A DNA stretch of 64,000 nt, from the IMG/VR virus record IMGVR_UViG_3300034198_015460, positions 1-64,000 of that record; one strand, given 5' to 3'. The stretch is from a virus. How positions within the stretch are numbered: the stretch's first letter is position 1; the number at the start of each line of letters is the position of its first letter. A program made the position numbers and the translations under genes. Shown in pieces: positions 7,494 through 16,586 of this stretch. Under the pieces are notes generated by a model, which ran no database searches, was not told the DNA's origin, and saw only the letters and a program-made list of their open reading frames with translations.

Positions 7494-8010
7494 CACCTTT
7501 ATACTCCACAAAACACTCTATACATCCACCCTTTCCTTTTCTATTCATCTGTTTCCATATATAAGAATCTATTTCCATATTATTCATTTTTATGTGTGAA
7601 TTTGTCAATTTAAACATAGACAATTGTGCTGTTTTTTGCCGACAAACAAATTTGAAACCGTATTTTTCATAAAATCCTACCGCGTCTAATTCTGCAGAAA
7701 CGCGAAAGTAATCAGACTGCATTTCGTGTGCAAAAGCTAATCCCCAATCGCATAAGATACTAGCCACACCATTACCTCTAAATTCATGAAATGTATGGAG
7801 TAATTGTAGATTTGCAACCTTTGGGTTTCTCTTTGAAATAGTAACAACTATAGCGCCAGCTAATTTGTCATCAATGATGACACCTCTGCAACCCTCCCAA
7901 CCATTTAGCATATCACATTTAGCCACAAAAGTTTTAGCAAAACGATCTTCTTTTTTATCTGTTAATGCTGAAACAAATTCTTGCCTATCAATTTTTCTCA
8001 TATACTTCAT
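7474..8010 (-). CDS. GNAT family acetyltransferase
   Basis: Acetyl-CoA binding motif LHTFHEFRGNGVASIL and AVGFYEKYGF; start reassigned to 8010. Confidence 0.85.
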   Translation of the reverse strand: MKYMRKIDRQEFVSALTDKKEDRFAKTFVAKCDMLNGWEGCRGVIIDDKLAGAIVVTISKRNPKVANLQLLHTFHEFRGNGVASILCDWGLAFAHEMQSDYFRVSAELDAVGFYEKYGFKFVCRQKTAQLSMFKLTNSHIKMNNMEIDSYIWKQMNRKGKGGCIECFVEYKGVDFYSE

Positions 8011-8872
8011 AAAATTCTCGTTGTTTCTTGCCTCTTGATTTGTCGTATTTTGTCTTTTCCCATCCAATATACATATCGTGATCGTATTCAAACTTAGGAA
8101 ATTGGAATTTATCTTCTAATAATATTTCATCAACATTAGGTCCATCGTTCAAAGCCGCAGATATAAATTTCTCAACAAATTTAAAAGAATCAGCAATTTC
8201 CTGTTCATTGACCGAAGAACGAAAACAACGAAATTCAATAGTTCCTGTGTGCTTCATACAATAAGTATTAATAGCGTATCGAAATGGTCTTCCCATAGAA
8301 ACACCATCTTTACCTGCTGCATGCAGCCTAATAAAGTCGTCAAAATTATTGGCTAGTTTAGTTATATTATCACACATATAATCTGGCATTGGTCTACCAC
8401 CATCCCATTTTAAATATGTTTTGGCTGTTTTTGAGCTATTCATCAAAGGAGATAGACGAAATTGATAACATTTTTCAATAGTAATATGTTGATTTTCTTT
8501 AATGTATCTGATTAGTTTCTTTAGAGATTCTATATCTTCTTTTAATCCAGGAACAAAAACGTGTAAATGTCCGTGATTAACACAACTAGCTGTCGGTTCT
8601 TGTTTTAAATCACGAAACAGAGAAATGATTTCATTAATACGATCAACTTGCTCTTTCCAAGTCTTGGTTGGTTTTGTGTTAATTTCTCCACCGACGGGTG
8701 GAGAAATACCTAGAGGATCACAAGCCAAACCTCTATATGGATCTGTTAGATTAACAATATCAGTTTCCGCATATTCCCATTTACCTAAATGATCTGGAAT
8801 AACAACATCTCTGCCTATATCTCCAAACTCTAATTCATAACCCCATGTAAATTTAGAAGAGTCATATTTCAT
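7988..8872 (-). CDS. Amidoligase (glutamine synthetase/GCS-like COOH-NH2 ligase)
   Basis: TWGYELEF, GGEINT.P, HGHLHV and TIEFRCF motifs. Confidence 0.8.
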   Translation of the reverse strand: MKYDSSKFTWGYELEFGDIGRDVVIPDHLGKWEYAETDIVNLTDPYRGLACDPLGISPPVGGEINTKPTKTWKEQVDRINEIISLFRDLKQEPTASCVNHGHLHVFVPGLKEDIESLKKLIRYIKENQHITIEKCYQFRLSPLMNSSKTAKTYLKWDGGRPMPDYMCDNITKLANNFDDFIRLHAAGKDGVSMGRPFRYAINTYCMKHTGTIEFRCFRSSVNEQEIADSFKFVEKFISAALNDGPNVDEILLEDKFQFPKFEYDHDMYIGWEKTKYDKSRGKKQREFYEVYEKN

Positions 8873-9546
8873 TGTAAATCCTCTGCATTAGAACTGAAAA
8901 GTTTATCGGTTATATTAAAATCTATAATAGTGTATTCTCTGTACATTTCTGTAGGAACTGAAAAACTCAACCCAGACCTTTTTGCTATATCAGAAGTAGA
9001 CGTAAAAACAAACCCGTTCGCACCATAGGAATAATATAAAGGTCTTGCTTCGTTTCGAAAAGCAGTAAATTTCTTTTGATGATCAATAGTGCAAACAGCC
9101 ATACTAGAGGGTCTAAATTTTTCTAAAGGATGTTCATTGTTTTCTAATGCTCTCAATATCAATTCACTGTCATTAGAAGTAATTGTTTTATACCCATATA
9201 ATTCTTCCCATAGATCTTTACTTTCTTGAGAAATCACACCATTGTGGGCAATAGCTAATTTTTCGGTAGAAATTGGTTGATTGTATCTAAGGTCGCTAGT
9301 AGAATACCTTATGTGACCAATACAATACAAATTACCATCTTCATTTTTCCAAGAAAGTATATCTTGTTTTGATATAAATTCGTTCGCCGGGACAGGTTCT
9401 TTTATTGTATTTACAATATTATTTTTAACATACGAAACACCAGTAGCGTGTTTACCTCTTATCATAGATTGTAGAAAAAGATCGCGAATCAATCCACAAT
9501 CTTTTTCTTTAAAATCTTTAATCAATATTCCTAGAACACCACACAT
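8869..9546 (-). CDS. Class II (Ntn) glutamine amidotransferase
   Basis: N-terminal MCG, RG.HATG, GHIRYST, QP, AHNGVI, NDSE and RPL motifs. Confidence 0.9.
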   Translation of the reverse strand: MCGVLGILIKDFKEKDCGLIRDLFLQSMIRGKHATGVSYVKNNIVNTIKEPVPANEFISKQDILSWKNEDGNLYCIGHIRYSTSDLRYNQPISTEKLAIAHNGVISQESKDLWEELYGYKTITSNDSELILRALENNEHPLEKFRPSSMAVCTIDHQKKFTAFRNEARPLYYSYGANGFVFTSTSDIAKRSGLSFSVPTEMYREYTIIDFNITDKLFSSNAEDLQ

Positions 9547-10874
9547 TAAAAGAAAGTTTCTAAACTAGAAGTTTTTTCTATTTCCCCAAAAACGTCCACT
9601 AGACCATCTTCGTCTATGTGATTGTGTTTACGAAGAAAGTCTCTCCACTCTTCGATTTTAAAACAGCCCGGCGACACTCCATTCCAAAGCGGACGATAGT
9701 ACTTATGATCTTTGTTGGCTCGGCGTTCTTCGATGTATTGCTTACGAAGCTGCTCATAATCCCAAGATTTTAGATCCATCATTTTCTCTCTAAAATAAGC
9801 GACAATTGTCATACGATCATTATTTTCGCCGATCAATGCATCATTGCCATGGATACCACCGTGATTATTTACCAGCAACATATCACCTGGTTGTAGATTG
9901 ATAGCAATTTTAAATTCAGGAAGAATGAATTGACCGCCTTGCCAGCCTTTTCCTTCTGGTCCGGTAACTCCACAAATATTAGAAAACCCTTCATGAAGAT
10001 CTCCTGCGTCTCTATGGCAAGCAGTTCTCCAATTATGATTTACAGTCAATGTTGTGAACACAGTATCATCAATACGAAACCGAGGATCAAGCTTTTGTGC
10101 GCAATTGTTTTGTGAAGCCCATCTAACGGGAAGAAGCTCTTTAAATTGTTGATTTAATTTACGCAGATAAGGAAAACATTTCTGAAATAAATCATAATGT
10201 TTTTCTGTGTAAGAAGTTGCACGACCATAAGGAATTCGTGGGTAACGATCAAAATATCCTGCAATACCAGACATAACTGATTGAGCGTAATTTGTGTCAG
10301 AAACATAATATTTCAGAACATGTTCTGCTTCTTTTCTTTGTTCTTCTCTGGAATAGTTATGGATGGAGTCCACCCACTTATCAAACCATCCATGATATTC
10401 TGGATATCGTTTAGTTACTTCTGAACGAAGCCAAACTTGACCACGAGTCTCTTCTTTTTTTAGGCACGATTGATGGTAACGTCTAATCGACTCAATAGTT
10501 TCGTCTTGGATAATGATATTATCTGGTCTAATCAAATAATCTAGAACGTCTAGATGATATCCAGTCACCCAATCTCTACCGCCGCGTCCAGCAGAACCGA
10601 GAAACTCACCACGGGGACCGGCAGCAAGACCTCTGTTTTGAGATTCTGTTGCCGCTCCGATAAGACCTTCATAAGCAAGATCGCATTCCTCTTTTGTAAA
10701 GATATTTTTGCGATATTTAAAAATAATATTTGCTTCTGAAATATCACCATCAAGAGATTCAGCGTACAGATCACAGTCCTCTTCAAGAATAGTATCTGTA
10801 TACTCAGCACAAGTAATAAATTTTCCCAGGACATGTTCACAATCTGCTTTTTTTCTAACTAGAACTTTAACCAT
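9546..10874 (-). CDS. TET/JBP-like 2OG-Fe(II) dioxygenase
   Basis: FTTLTVN.NWRTACHRDAGD (HxD), distal HGN and RMTIVAYFRE. Confidence 0.8.
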   Translation of the reverse strand: MVKVLVRKKADCEHVLGKFITCAEYTDTILEEDCDLYAESLDGDISEANIIFKYRKNIFTKEECDLAYEGLIGAATESQNRGLAAGPRGEFLGSAGRGGRDWVTGYHLDVLDYLIRPDNIIIQDETIESIRRYHQSCLKKEETRGQVWLRSEVTKRYPEYHGWFDKWVDSIHNYSREEQRKEAEHVLKYYVSDTNYAQSVMSGIAGYFDRYPRIPYGRATSYTEKHYDLFQKCFPYLRKLNQQFKELLPVRWASQNNCAQKLDPRFRIDDTVFTTLTVNHNWRTACHRDAGDLHEGFSNICGVTGPEGKGWQGGQFILPEFKIAINLQPGDMLLVNNHGGIHGNDALIGENNDRMTIVAYFREKMMDLKSWDYEQLRKQYIEERRANKDHKYYRPLWNGVSPGCFKIEEWRDFLRKHNHIDEDGLVDVFGEIEKTSSLETFF

Positions 10875-10901
10875 ATCAATCTCCTATCTCGATAATATAC
10901 T

Positions 10902-10930
10902 AGTATATAGTAAGAATACTGTTGTGTCAA
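10902..10930 (-). promoter_or_regulatory. Strong sigma70-type promoter heading the modification operon
   Basis: TTGACA-N17-TATACT followed by an AGGAG RBS. Confidence 0.8.
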
Positions 10931-11310
10931 GTCCTACTTTTTAGAATACCTGCAATGTCGGGAGGAGTCCATCCTTCTGGTTTTAGAACTTTACCATCAG
11001 CGCGACGAATAACCTTACCATCAACAAGTTTTGCCATATTAGAACGATGTACTTCGTCAAATACTTTATCTAAAGGAATACCGTAAGCAACAGCTGTTCC
11101 ACATGCGATATAAATTACATCAGCAAGAGCATCAGCAATTCCAACAATATCTGCCTTTTCTTCCGCTTCTAGATACTCATTAAATTCTTCTTGAAGAAGA
11201 TCAATTCTTAAATCCCTAATAGAGACATCTTCTGGCACTTCAGGATTTGATCCTATTGTTAGGTCAAAAGCTTTGTGAAATTCAAAAACATCTTTGTACA
11301 TATTGCTCAT
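10927..11310 (-). CDS. MazG-like / PRA-PH family NTP pyrophosphohydrolase
   Basis: LLQEEFNE, ADALADVIY, EVHRSNMAK and GKVLKP motifs. Confidence 0.88.
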   Translation of the reverse strand: MSNMYKDVFEFHKAFDLTIGSNPEVPEDVSIRDLRIDLLQEEFNEYLEAEEKADIVGIADALADVIYIACGTAVAYGIPLDKVFDEVHRSNMAKLVDGKVIRRADGKVLKPEGWTPPDIAGILKSRT

Positions 11311-11311
11311 G

Positions 11312-11848
11312 TTAAATTATCCATTCTGGGGGGTTGCGGTTTTTCCAGGAATGCATTCTAGCCTTTCCTAGTTTGTAATAGTTTCTATAATTAACGATTG
11401 GGTCGTTGCTTATAATATATTGTTTATCCATGGCAGATGGTGGAGTAGTCCAATCCCATTTTTCTAAGTTTTTAGGAGGGGATTGAAGCATATAACTCAA
11501 TTCTCCAAAACAAGAATGTTGTTTGCTATAACGAAAAGTATATTCGCTCATCAAAGCAAAGAAATGATCAACAAGCCAATTGTAATTTTCAATTGACTCT
11601 CTACACCAAACAGCAGAAGGATGATTGATGTGCGTCGCTGAATATAAAACATTTTCTCGTGAATCGCTGAGAACCCAGCGGCGAGCTTTTCTACCAGAAA
11701 GAGTTTTCCCTTCAATTTCTTTGCCATCAAGAAATCGATGCGCTGTGGACAACAGTTGGGCGGATTCTAGAACCATTTTCACAACATGACGATCAACGAG
11801 ACAACGGGCTGCAGTCTGCGCGCATCGGTCAACATAGAAAATATTAAT
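11312..11848 (-). CDS. Pyrimidine-dimer DNA glycosylase (DenV-like family), ATT start
   Basis: (I)NIFYVD...DRHVVKMVLESAQLLSTAH, THINHPSAVW and YRNYY; the frame is open to the ATT at 11848 with AAGGAG upstream. Confidence 0.8.
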   Translation of the reverse strand: MNIFYVDRCAQTAARCLVDRHVVKMVLESAQLLSTAHRFLDGKEIEGKTLSGRKARRWVLSDSRENVLYSATHINHPSAVWCRESIENYNWLVDHFFALMSEYTFRYSKQHSCFGELSYMLQSPPKNLEKWDWTTPPSAMDKQYIISNDPIVNYRNYYKLGKARMHSWKNRNPPEWII

Positions 11849-11849
11849 G

Positions 11850-12557
11850 TTAGCTCTCCTTCAAAGAACAGTTATCAAAATGATAACGTCTCATAGCAAA
11901 TGCACCTCCATTTTTACCACAGTGTGGGCATGCTGTCAATTCTTGTTTATAACCTTTTTCTCTTACTGGAGAGAAAGCTTCGTTAAACGCTTTGACTTGT
12001 CTGATAAGTCCTTCAGGTGAGATTGACTGTCTAGATCTTTTACCATGTTCTTTAAGTTCATCGGCATTCATCTTTGAAAATCTTGCTTTTTGAGCTTTAC
12101 TTTTTAATTGTCTGGAATGTTCACTTTCTTTGCTGCCTTTCTTATTTTTATTGGCAGATGATGTCAGTGCTTTCTTTTGTTCCTTTGTCATCTTTGATCT
12201 CTGAAGCTTTAAGCTCTCTGACATTTTAAGAAGTGTTTCTTCAGAATACTCACGATCTACACAACCTTCACCGCCAGCAGTCATGTTATATCCATAACCG
12301 TAATCATTTGATCTATAATGTTTTATCCATTTTTGTTCAGCTTCATATATTTTACCACTTTCACATTCTTCTAACATTTCGATTTTAAAGTTCTCAGAAC
12401 CGTATTTCTTCATAGCTTGATATAACAGTCGTCTTTCTTTATTGAGACTTTTGCTACATCTAACATGATCTTCAAACCTAGATTCGATTGAATGTTTTGT
12501 TATTCCAACGTACTTTTTATTATTAACTTCATTTTTGATTAGATATACGTATGACAT
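11850..12557 (-). mobile_element. Free-standing GIY-YIG homing endonuclease
   Basis: YVYLIKNEVNNKKYVGIT..RF..H, GYNMTAGGEG, NUMOD3-like helices and C-terminal CPHCGK..RYHFDNC. Confidence 0.88.
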
Positions 12558-12613
12558 ATGTTACTCCTTACTTGACCACATGCTTATTTATCTTTACAGA
12601 GTGTTCAAGATAT

Positions 12614-13090
12614 TCATCGCTTCCACTTTTTAAAAGCCTGTTGACGATGATAAGGATTCGCTCTGCGGAAAAACAATTCTCCATTAAGATGATCTAATTC
12701 GTGTTGAAAAATTCTCGCTGTCATTCCAACAAATTGTTTTGTCATTACATCTCCATTAGGAGTATTGAATCTTACTCTGATCTGTTGTGGACGCTTTATT
12801 TTAACGTACAGATTTGGAAAAGTCAAACATCCTTCTTCAAGGAGAATTTGTTGTTCAGAAAAATGAACAATTCTAGGATTTATACAAACAAAATTTTCTG
12901 GCTGACCTCTCATAGCAAAAATACGATATGGAACACCAACCTGATTGGCGGCAATACCTATACCATTGTTATCATACATAAATTTAACAAGGTCTTTTGA
13001 AAATTCAATTAAATCAAAAGGTGGATTAAGAAAATCCACTTCTTGACAAGGAGTTTTTAAAATAGAGTCTTTGTCAGATACTAATTCCAT
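12614..13090 (-). CDS. def: Peptide deformylase
   Basis: GIGIAANQVG, EGCLT and QHELDHLNG motifs. Confidence 0.95.
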   Translation of the reverse strand: MELVSDKDSILKTPCQEVDFLNPPFDLIEFSKDLVKFMYDNNGIGIAANQVGVPYRIFAMRGQPENFVCINPRIVHFSEQQILLEEGCLTFPNLYVKIKRPQQIRVRFNTPNGDVMTKQFVGMTARIFQHELDHLNGELFFRRANPYHRQQAFKKWKR

Positions 13091-14796
13091 TATACAATCC
13101 TCGAGAAATTTTTATGTTTTTCAAAACGAATTACTTTATCAAATTTGTCATAAAGCTGATCTGTTTTATGACTTATTATAAACGTGTTTGTGTCGGAAGT
13201 CAAGTCATTTATTAGTTTGAGAAATTCTTCGGTCCCGTTTGAGTCAAGAGAAGAATCAAACACCTCATCCATAATTAAAATATTTGTATTGATTGAGTTA
13301 CGCAGTTTTGCTACTGCTCTCCAAGTAAACAAAATAGCAAGATTAATTCTCATCTTCTCGCCTTCTGAAAAAGACTCATAGGAGAATTCGTCTCTGTATC
13401 TGGATTTAATTGTTTCTTTGAATGTTTCATCCAATTCAAATTGACACATAAATTCCATTGATGAAAGATATTTGTTTATCAACTTGTTTATGATTGGAAT
13501 ATACTGTTTGATAATTCTTGATTTAATCCCACCATCTTTAAGTAACAAAGAAGCAGCATTCAACACCAATTTTTCTTCTATCAAATCAATATGTTTCTTT
13601 TTTAACTCGTCATAATCTTGTTCTAATTGAACTATTTTAGAGGAATCTTCTTTTTTATCATCAATTTTTAAATTATTAATTTCTTCTATTAAAGTTTCCT
13701 TGTAATCGTTCAATGAATTCATTCTAGTTTTTAACTGATGTATTTCTATTTTTTTATCATTTATCTCATCGTTCACAGAAAGTATCTGTTTGATTTTTTC
13801 TTGTATTTCATTTTGCTGTTCTAGAAGCTTTGGTAAACCTTCATCTATCTCTGATATTTGTGAATCTCTTTCTCTAATAGCTTCTGCTTTGAAATTTTTT
13901 TCAATAGACTGTTTGCAAATTGGGCAGTCATCATTTTCATGAAAAAAATTCAATTCTTTTTTAAGAACTGCTCTGTTGGCTTCTATTCTATGTTGTAGAG
14001 TTTCAAGAGTTTTTAATTTCTTCTTTATAGAATCTTGATCTTCGGTTTTCAAAGATAATTCTCTTATCATATTTTCATAATATAATACATCTTTGTATAA
14101 GTCTTTTATTTGTATATCTGTTTCTTGTATTCTTAGTTTTTTATCTTCTACGAGCTGTGTATTGTTATTCTGTAGTTGTGAAATGTGTTCTTTTATTAGT
14201 TTTATTTTCTCCTCAACTAGTCTTTTATCGGCTTCACAAGTATATATTTTTTCGTTATTACCAGAAATTTTATCTTTCAATAGAGTATTCATTGTTGTAA
14301 AAATCTGCAGATCAAGCAAATCTTCAATAATATCTCTGCGTTGCCCAGCTGCCAACTGCATAAAAGGTTGAAATGTAGCTGTGCCAAGAACAACCACTTG
14401 ACAGAAAGATTTATGGTTTACTTTAATAATCTGTTTTTCTAAAATTTCTTGATAGTCTTTCATTTCAGCAGATTGATTAAGAAGCGAACCATTTTGATAC
14501 ACTTCAAATATATTTGGTTTTATTCCACGAATAATTCTATATTTGTTAAAACCTATAGAAAATTCAACCTCAACGACCATATTTTTCTGCGTAATGGTAT
14601 TAATAAGTTGAGGCTTATTAATTTTTCTAAAAGCTTTACCAAACAGAGAAAATGAAAGAGCGTCGAGAATAGTCGATTTGCCCGCGCCATTCTCTCCAAC
14701 AATCAATGTGGTATTATTTTTATTCAAATCGATTTCAGTGAAAATATTACCTGTTGAAAGAAAATTCATCCATCTAAGTTTTTCAAACAAAATCAT
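13090..14796 (-). CDS. 46: Recombination endonuclease ATPase subunit gp46 (Rad50/SbcC-like)
   Basis: GENGAGKST, CPIC zinc hook, FSEGEK signature and MDEVFD. Confidence 0.97.
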   Translation of the reverse strand: MILFEKLRWMNFLSTGNIFTEIDLNKNNTTLIVGENGAGKSTILDALSFSLFGKAFRKINKPQLINTITQKNMVVEVEFSIGFNKYRIIRGIKPNIFEVYQNGSLLNQSAEMKDYQEILEKQIIKVNHKSFCQVVVLGTATFQPFMQLAAGQRRDIIEDLLDLQIFTTMNTLLKDKISGNNEKIYTCEADKRLVEEKIKLIKEHISQLQNNNTQLVEDKKLRIQETDIQIKDLYKDVLYYENMIRELSLKTEDQDSIKKKLKTLETLQHRIEANRAVLKKELNFFHENDDCPICKQSIEKNFKAEAIRERDSQISEIDEGLPKLLEQQNEIQEKIKQILSVNDEINDKKIEIHQLKTRMNSLNDYKETLIEEINNLKIDDKKEDSSKIVQLEQDYDELKKKHIDLIEEKLVLNAASLLLKDGGIKSRIIKQYIPIINKLINKYLSSMEFMCQFELDETFKETIKSRYRDEFSYESFSEGEKMRINLAILFTWRAVAKLRNSINTNILIMDEVFDSSLDSNGTEEFLKLINDLTSDTNTFIISHKTDQLYDKFDKVIRFEKHKNFSRIV

Positions 14797-15860
14797 TCCA
14801 ATGACAAAGCCTCTTCATATAATTGATTAATTTTAATTTCTAATTTATCTCTAGGAACATTCTTTAGGTCATAATTTTGAATATATTTCTTAAAAATATC
14901 CAAAGTGCTTTCAGCTTCGTTGATTATATCCTCATCATTCTCGACATCTAAATTGAAATGATCTTCTACAATTTGCATATCAACAGGATTTTCTTTTTCA
15001 AGATTTTCAATAAACCTATCAAACCAATATGGATTTGATTTATTTGTGACAATAACCTTTAGAATACAATTAGAATACTGAGAATAATCTATTTTATTTT
15101 TGATGAAATTTTCATCTGTGTCGTTATACCAAATTTTTTTGAACATCCTATAAGGATTTTCAACAAATTTTATTTCTCTTGTTTCCGTGTCAAATATATG
15201 GAATCCTTTCGGATCATCATAATCAGACCAAGTAAACTCAGCATGAGACCCGAGATAAAAGATTTGTCCATCACTGGAACGATGATGAAAATGACCGCTA
15301 AAAACCATATCAAATTTATTAAAAAGTTTCCTATCGTCTCCATGAGAAACGATCGATCCTTTATACATCTCAAATCCCTGAATCTCAAGATGCCCCATAC
15401 AAATTTGTGCATTGGTCCGCTCCATCTCTTGCAATATTTGATCTCTGTTTTCATCGCAAATCCAAGGAACAAATAAAATTGGTAGTCCATCAAATTCTAT
15501 AGTTTCAGCGTTATTAGTATAGGATATGATGTTAGGATAAACTCCAGTAATAAATTCATCAATACTATTAATTTTATTAGTATTTTTATAGTATGTATCG
15601 TGATTACCTGCAATAAGGTGCATCTCGATTTGCATAACATGCAATACCTCTAAAAAATCTTTTCTTAGCCTATTTGCAGTTTGAATGTTTACTTGTTTCC
15701 TCTTATCAAAGATATCTCCAAGATGGACAACAGTTGTTATATTGTTCTCTTTCAGATAAGGAAAAAAACTATTATCTAAAAATTTCTTTGTATAATCATG
15801 AAATATTGGGGAGTCGTTCCTTATCCCCCAATGAGTGTCTGTAATAAGAGCTAGTTTCAT
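14793..15860 (-). CDS. 47: Recombination endonuclease nuclease subunit gp47 (Mre11/SbcD-like)
   Basis: TDTHWG, HLGDIFD, GNHD and SGHFH metallophosphoesterase motifs. Confidence 0.97.
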   Translation of the reverse strand: MKLALITDTHWGIRNDSPIFHDYTKKFLDNSFFPYLKENNITTVVHLGDIFDKRKQVNIQTANRLRKDFLEVLHVMQIEMHLIAGNHDTYYKNTNKINSIDEFITGVYPNIISYTNNAETIEFDGLPILFVPWICDENRDQILQEMERTNAQICMGHLEIQGFEMYKGSIVSHGDDRKLFNKFDMVFSGHFHHRSSDGQIFYLGSHAEFTWSDYDDPKGFHIFDTETREIKFVENPYRMFKKIWYNDTDENFIKNKIDYSQYSNCILKVIVTNKSNPYWFDRFIENLEKENPVDMQIVEDHFNLDVENDEDIINEAESTLDIFKKYIQNYDLKNVPRDKLEIKINQLYEEALSLE

Positions 15861-16021
15861 TTTCTTTTTTTACTATTGCGTTCAATCACAGCTGTTGTGA
15901 AATCTCTAACAGCCTCGAGCCTCTGTAATAGATATTCTTTCTCGGAAGAATATTCTTTACAATTTTCTAACTGTTTAGCTATGTCAACTATATTGACAGG
16001 TATCAAATGTTCTAATTTCAT
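15857..16021 (-). CDS. Hypothetical 54-aa protein (below the ORF-track cutoff)
   Basis: MKLEHLIPVNIVDIAKQL...RLEAVRDF fills the gap between 55 and 47, with an ATGA overlap onto gene 47. Confidence 0.65.
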   Translation of the reverse strand: MKLEHLIPVNIVDIAKQLENCKEYSSEKEYLLQRLEAVRDFTTAVIERNSKKRK

Positions 16022-16023
16022 TT

Positions 16024-16527
16024 CTATTCTCCAGAAAATTTATTTAACCCTATTATACTAGGTTTTTTATCTTTAGTCAATTTATTTTCGAAGTTTTCGA
16101 CAATTCTAGAAGAAATATCATTTGTTTTTAAATGCATATTGTCGGAGTCTTGCCATAATTCATTCATCAAAAAACTGTTTTCAAAATTTTTGTGTTTGAT
16201 ATAACTCTGTTTATGTTCTTTTTGAATACGTCGTATAAACGCATTCCAAGCAATTTGTGTGAAATATGCAAATGGGTTGTTTGTTTTTTCTGGATCAAAA
16301 TTGCTAATTGCTGCCAAGCAATCCACTATTCCATCAGAGATCAATTCTTGTTTATACGAATACCCAGAGAAATTAGGACGTTTAGCTAAATTATTACATA
16401 TCAGGAGAATCGATTGACCAATATAGTTAGAAACTTGTGTGTTTGGATTTTCTTTCAATTTATTTTTAAAATCAATCATAGCTTCATATAAATCTTTGTT
16501 GTTGATATAATTTTTCACTTTTGCCAT
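16024..16527 (-). CDS. 55: Late transcription sigma factor gp55
   Basis: NYINNK, RPNFSGYSY, NFDPEK..NPFAYFTQI..AF.RRI.KE. Confidence 0.96.
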   Translation of the reverse strand: MAKVKNYINNKDLYEAMIDFKNKLKENPNTQVSNYIGQSILLICNNLAKRPNFSGYSYKQELISDGIVDCLAAISNFDPEKTNNPFAYFTQIAWNAFIRRIQKEHKQSYIKHKNFENSFLMNELWQDSDNMHLKTNDISSRIVENFENKLTKDKKPSIIGLNKFSGE

Positions 16528-16586
16528 AAAATAGCCCTTTACTTAATTTTGAATATGCATTATAATCAGTAATGCTGAATTGATAA

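Noticed and set aside
11849-12610. Group I intron interrupting the DenV-like gene
   Set aside because: Only about 50 nt precede and 1 nt follows the endonuclease ORF, and I could not see P7 or other core elements. A free-standing insertion with a rebuilt start fits better.
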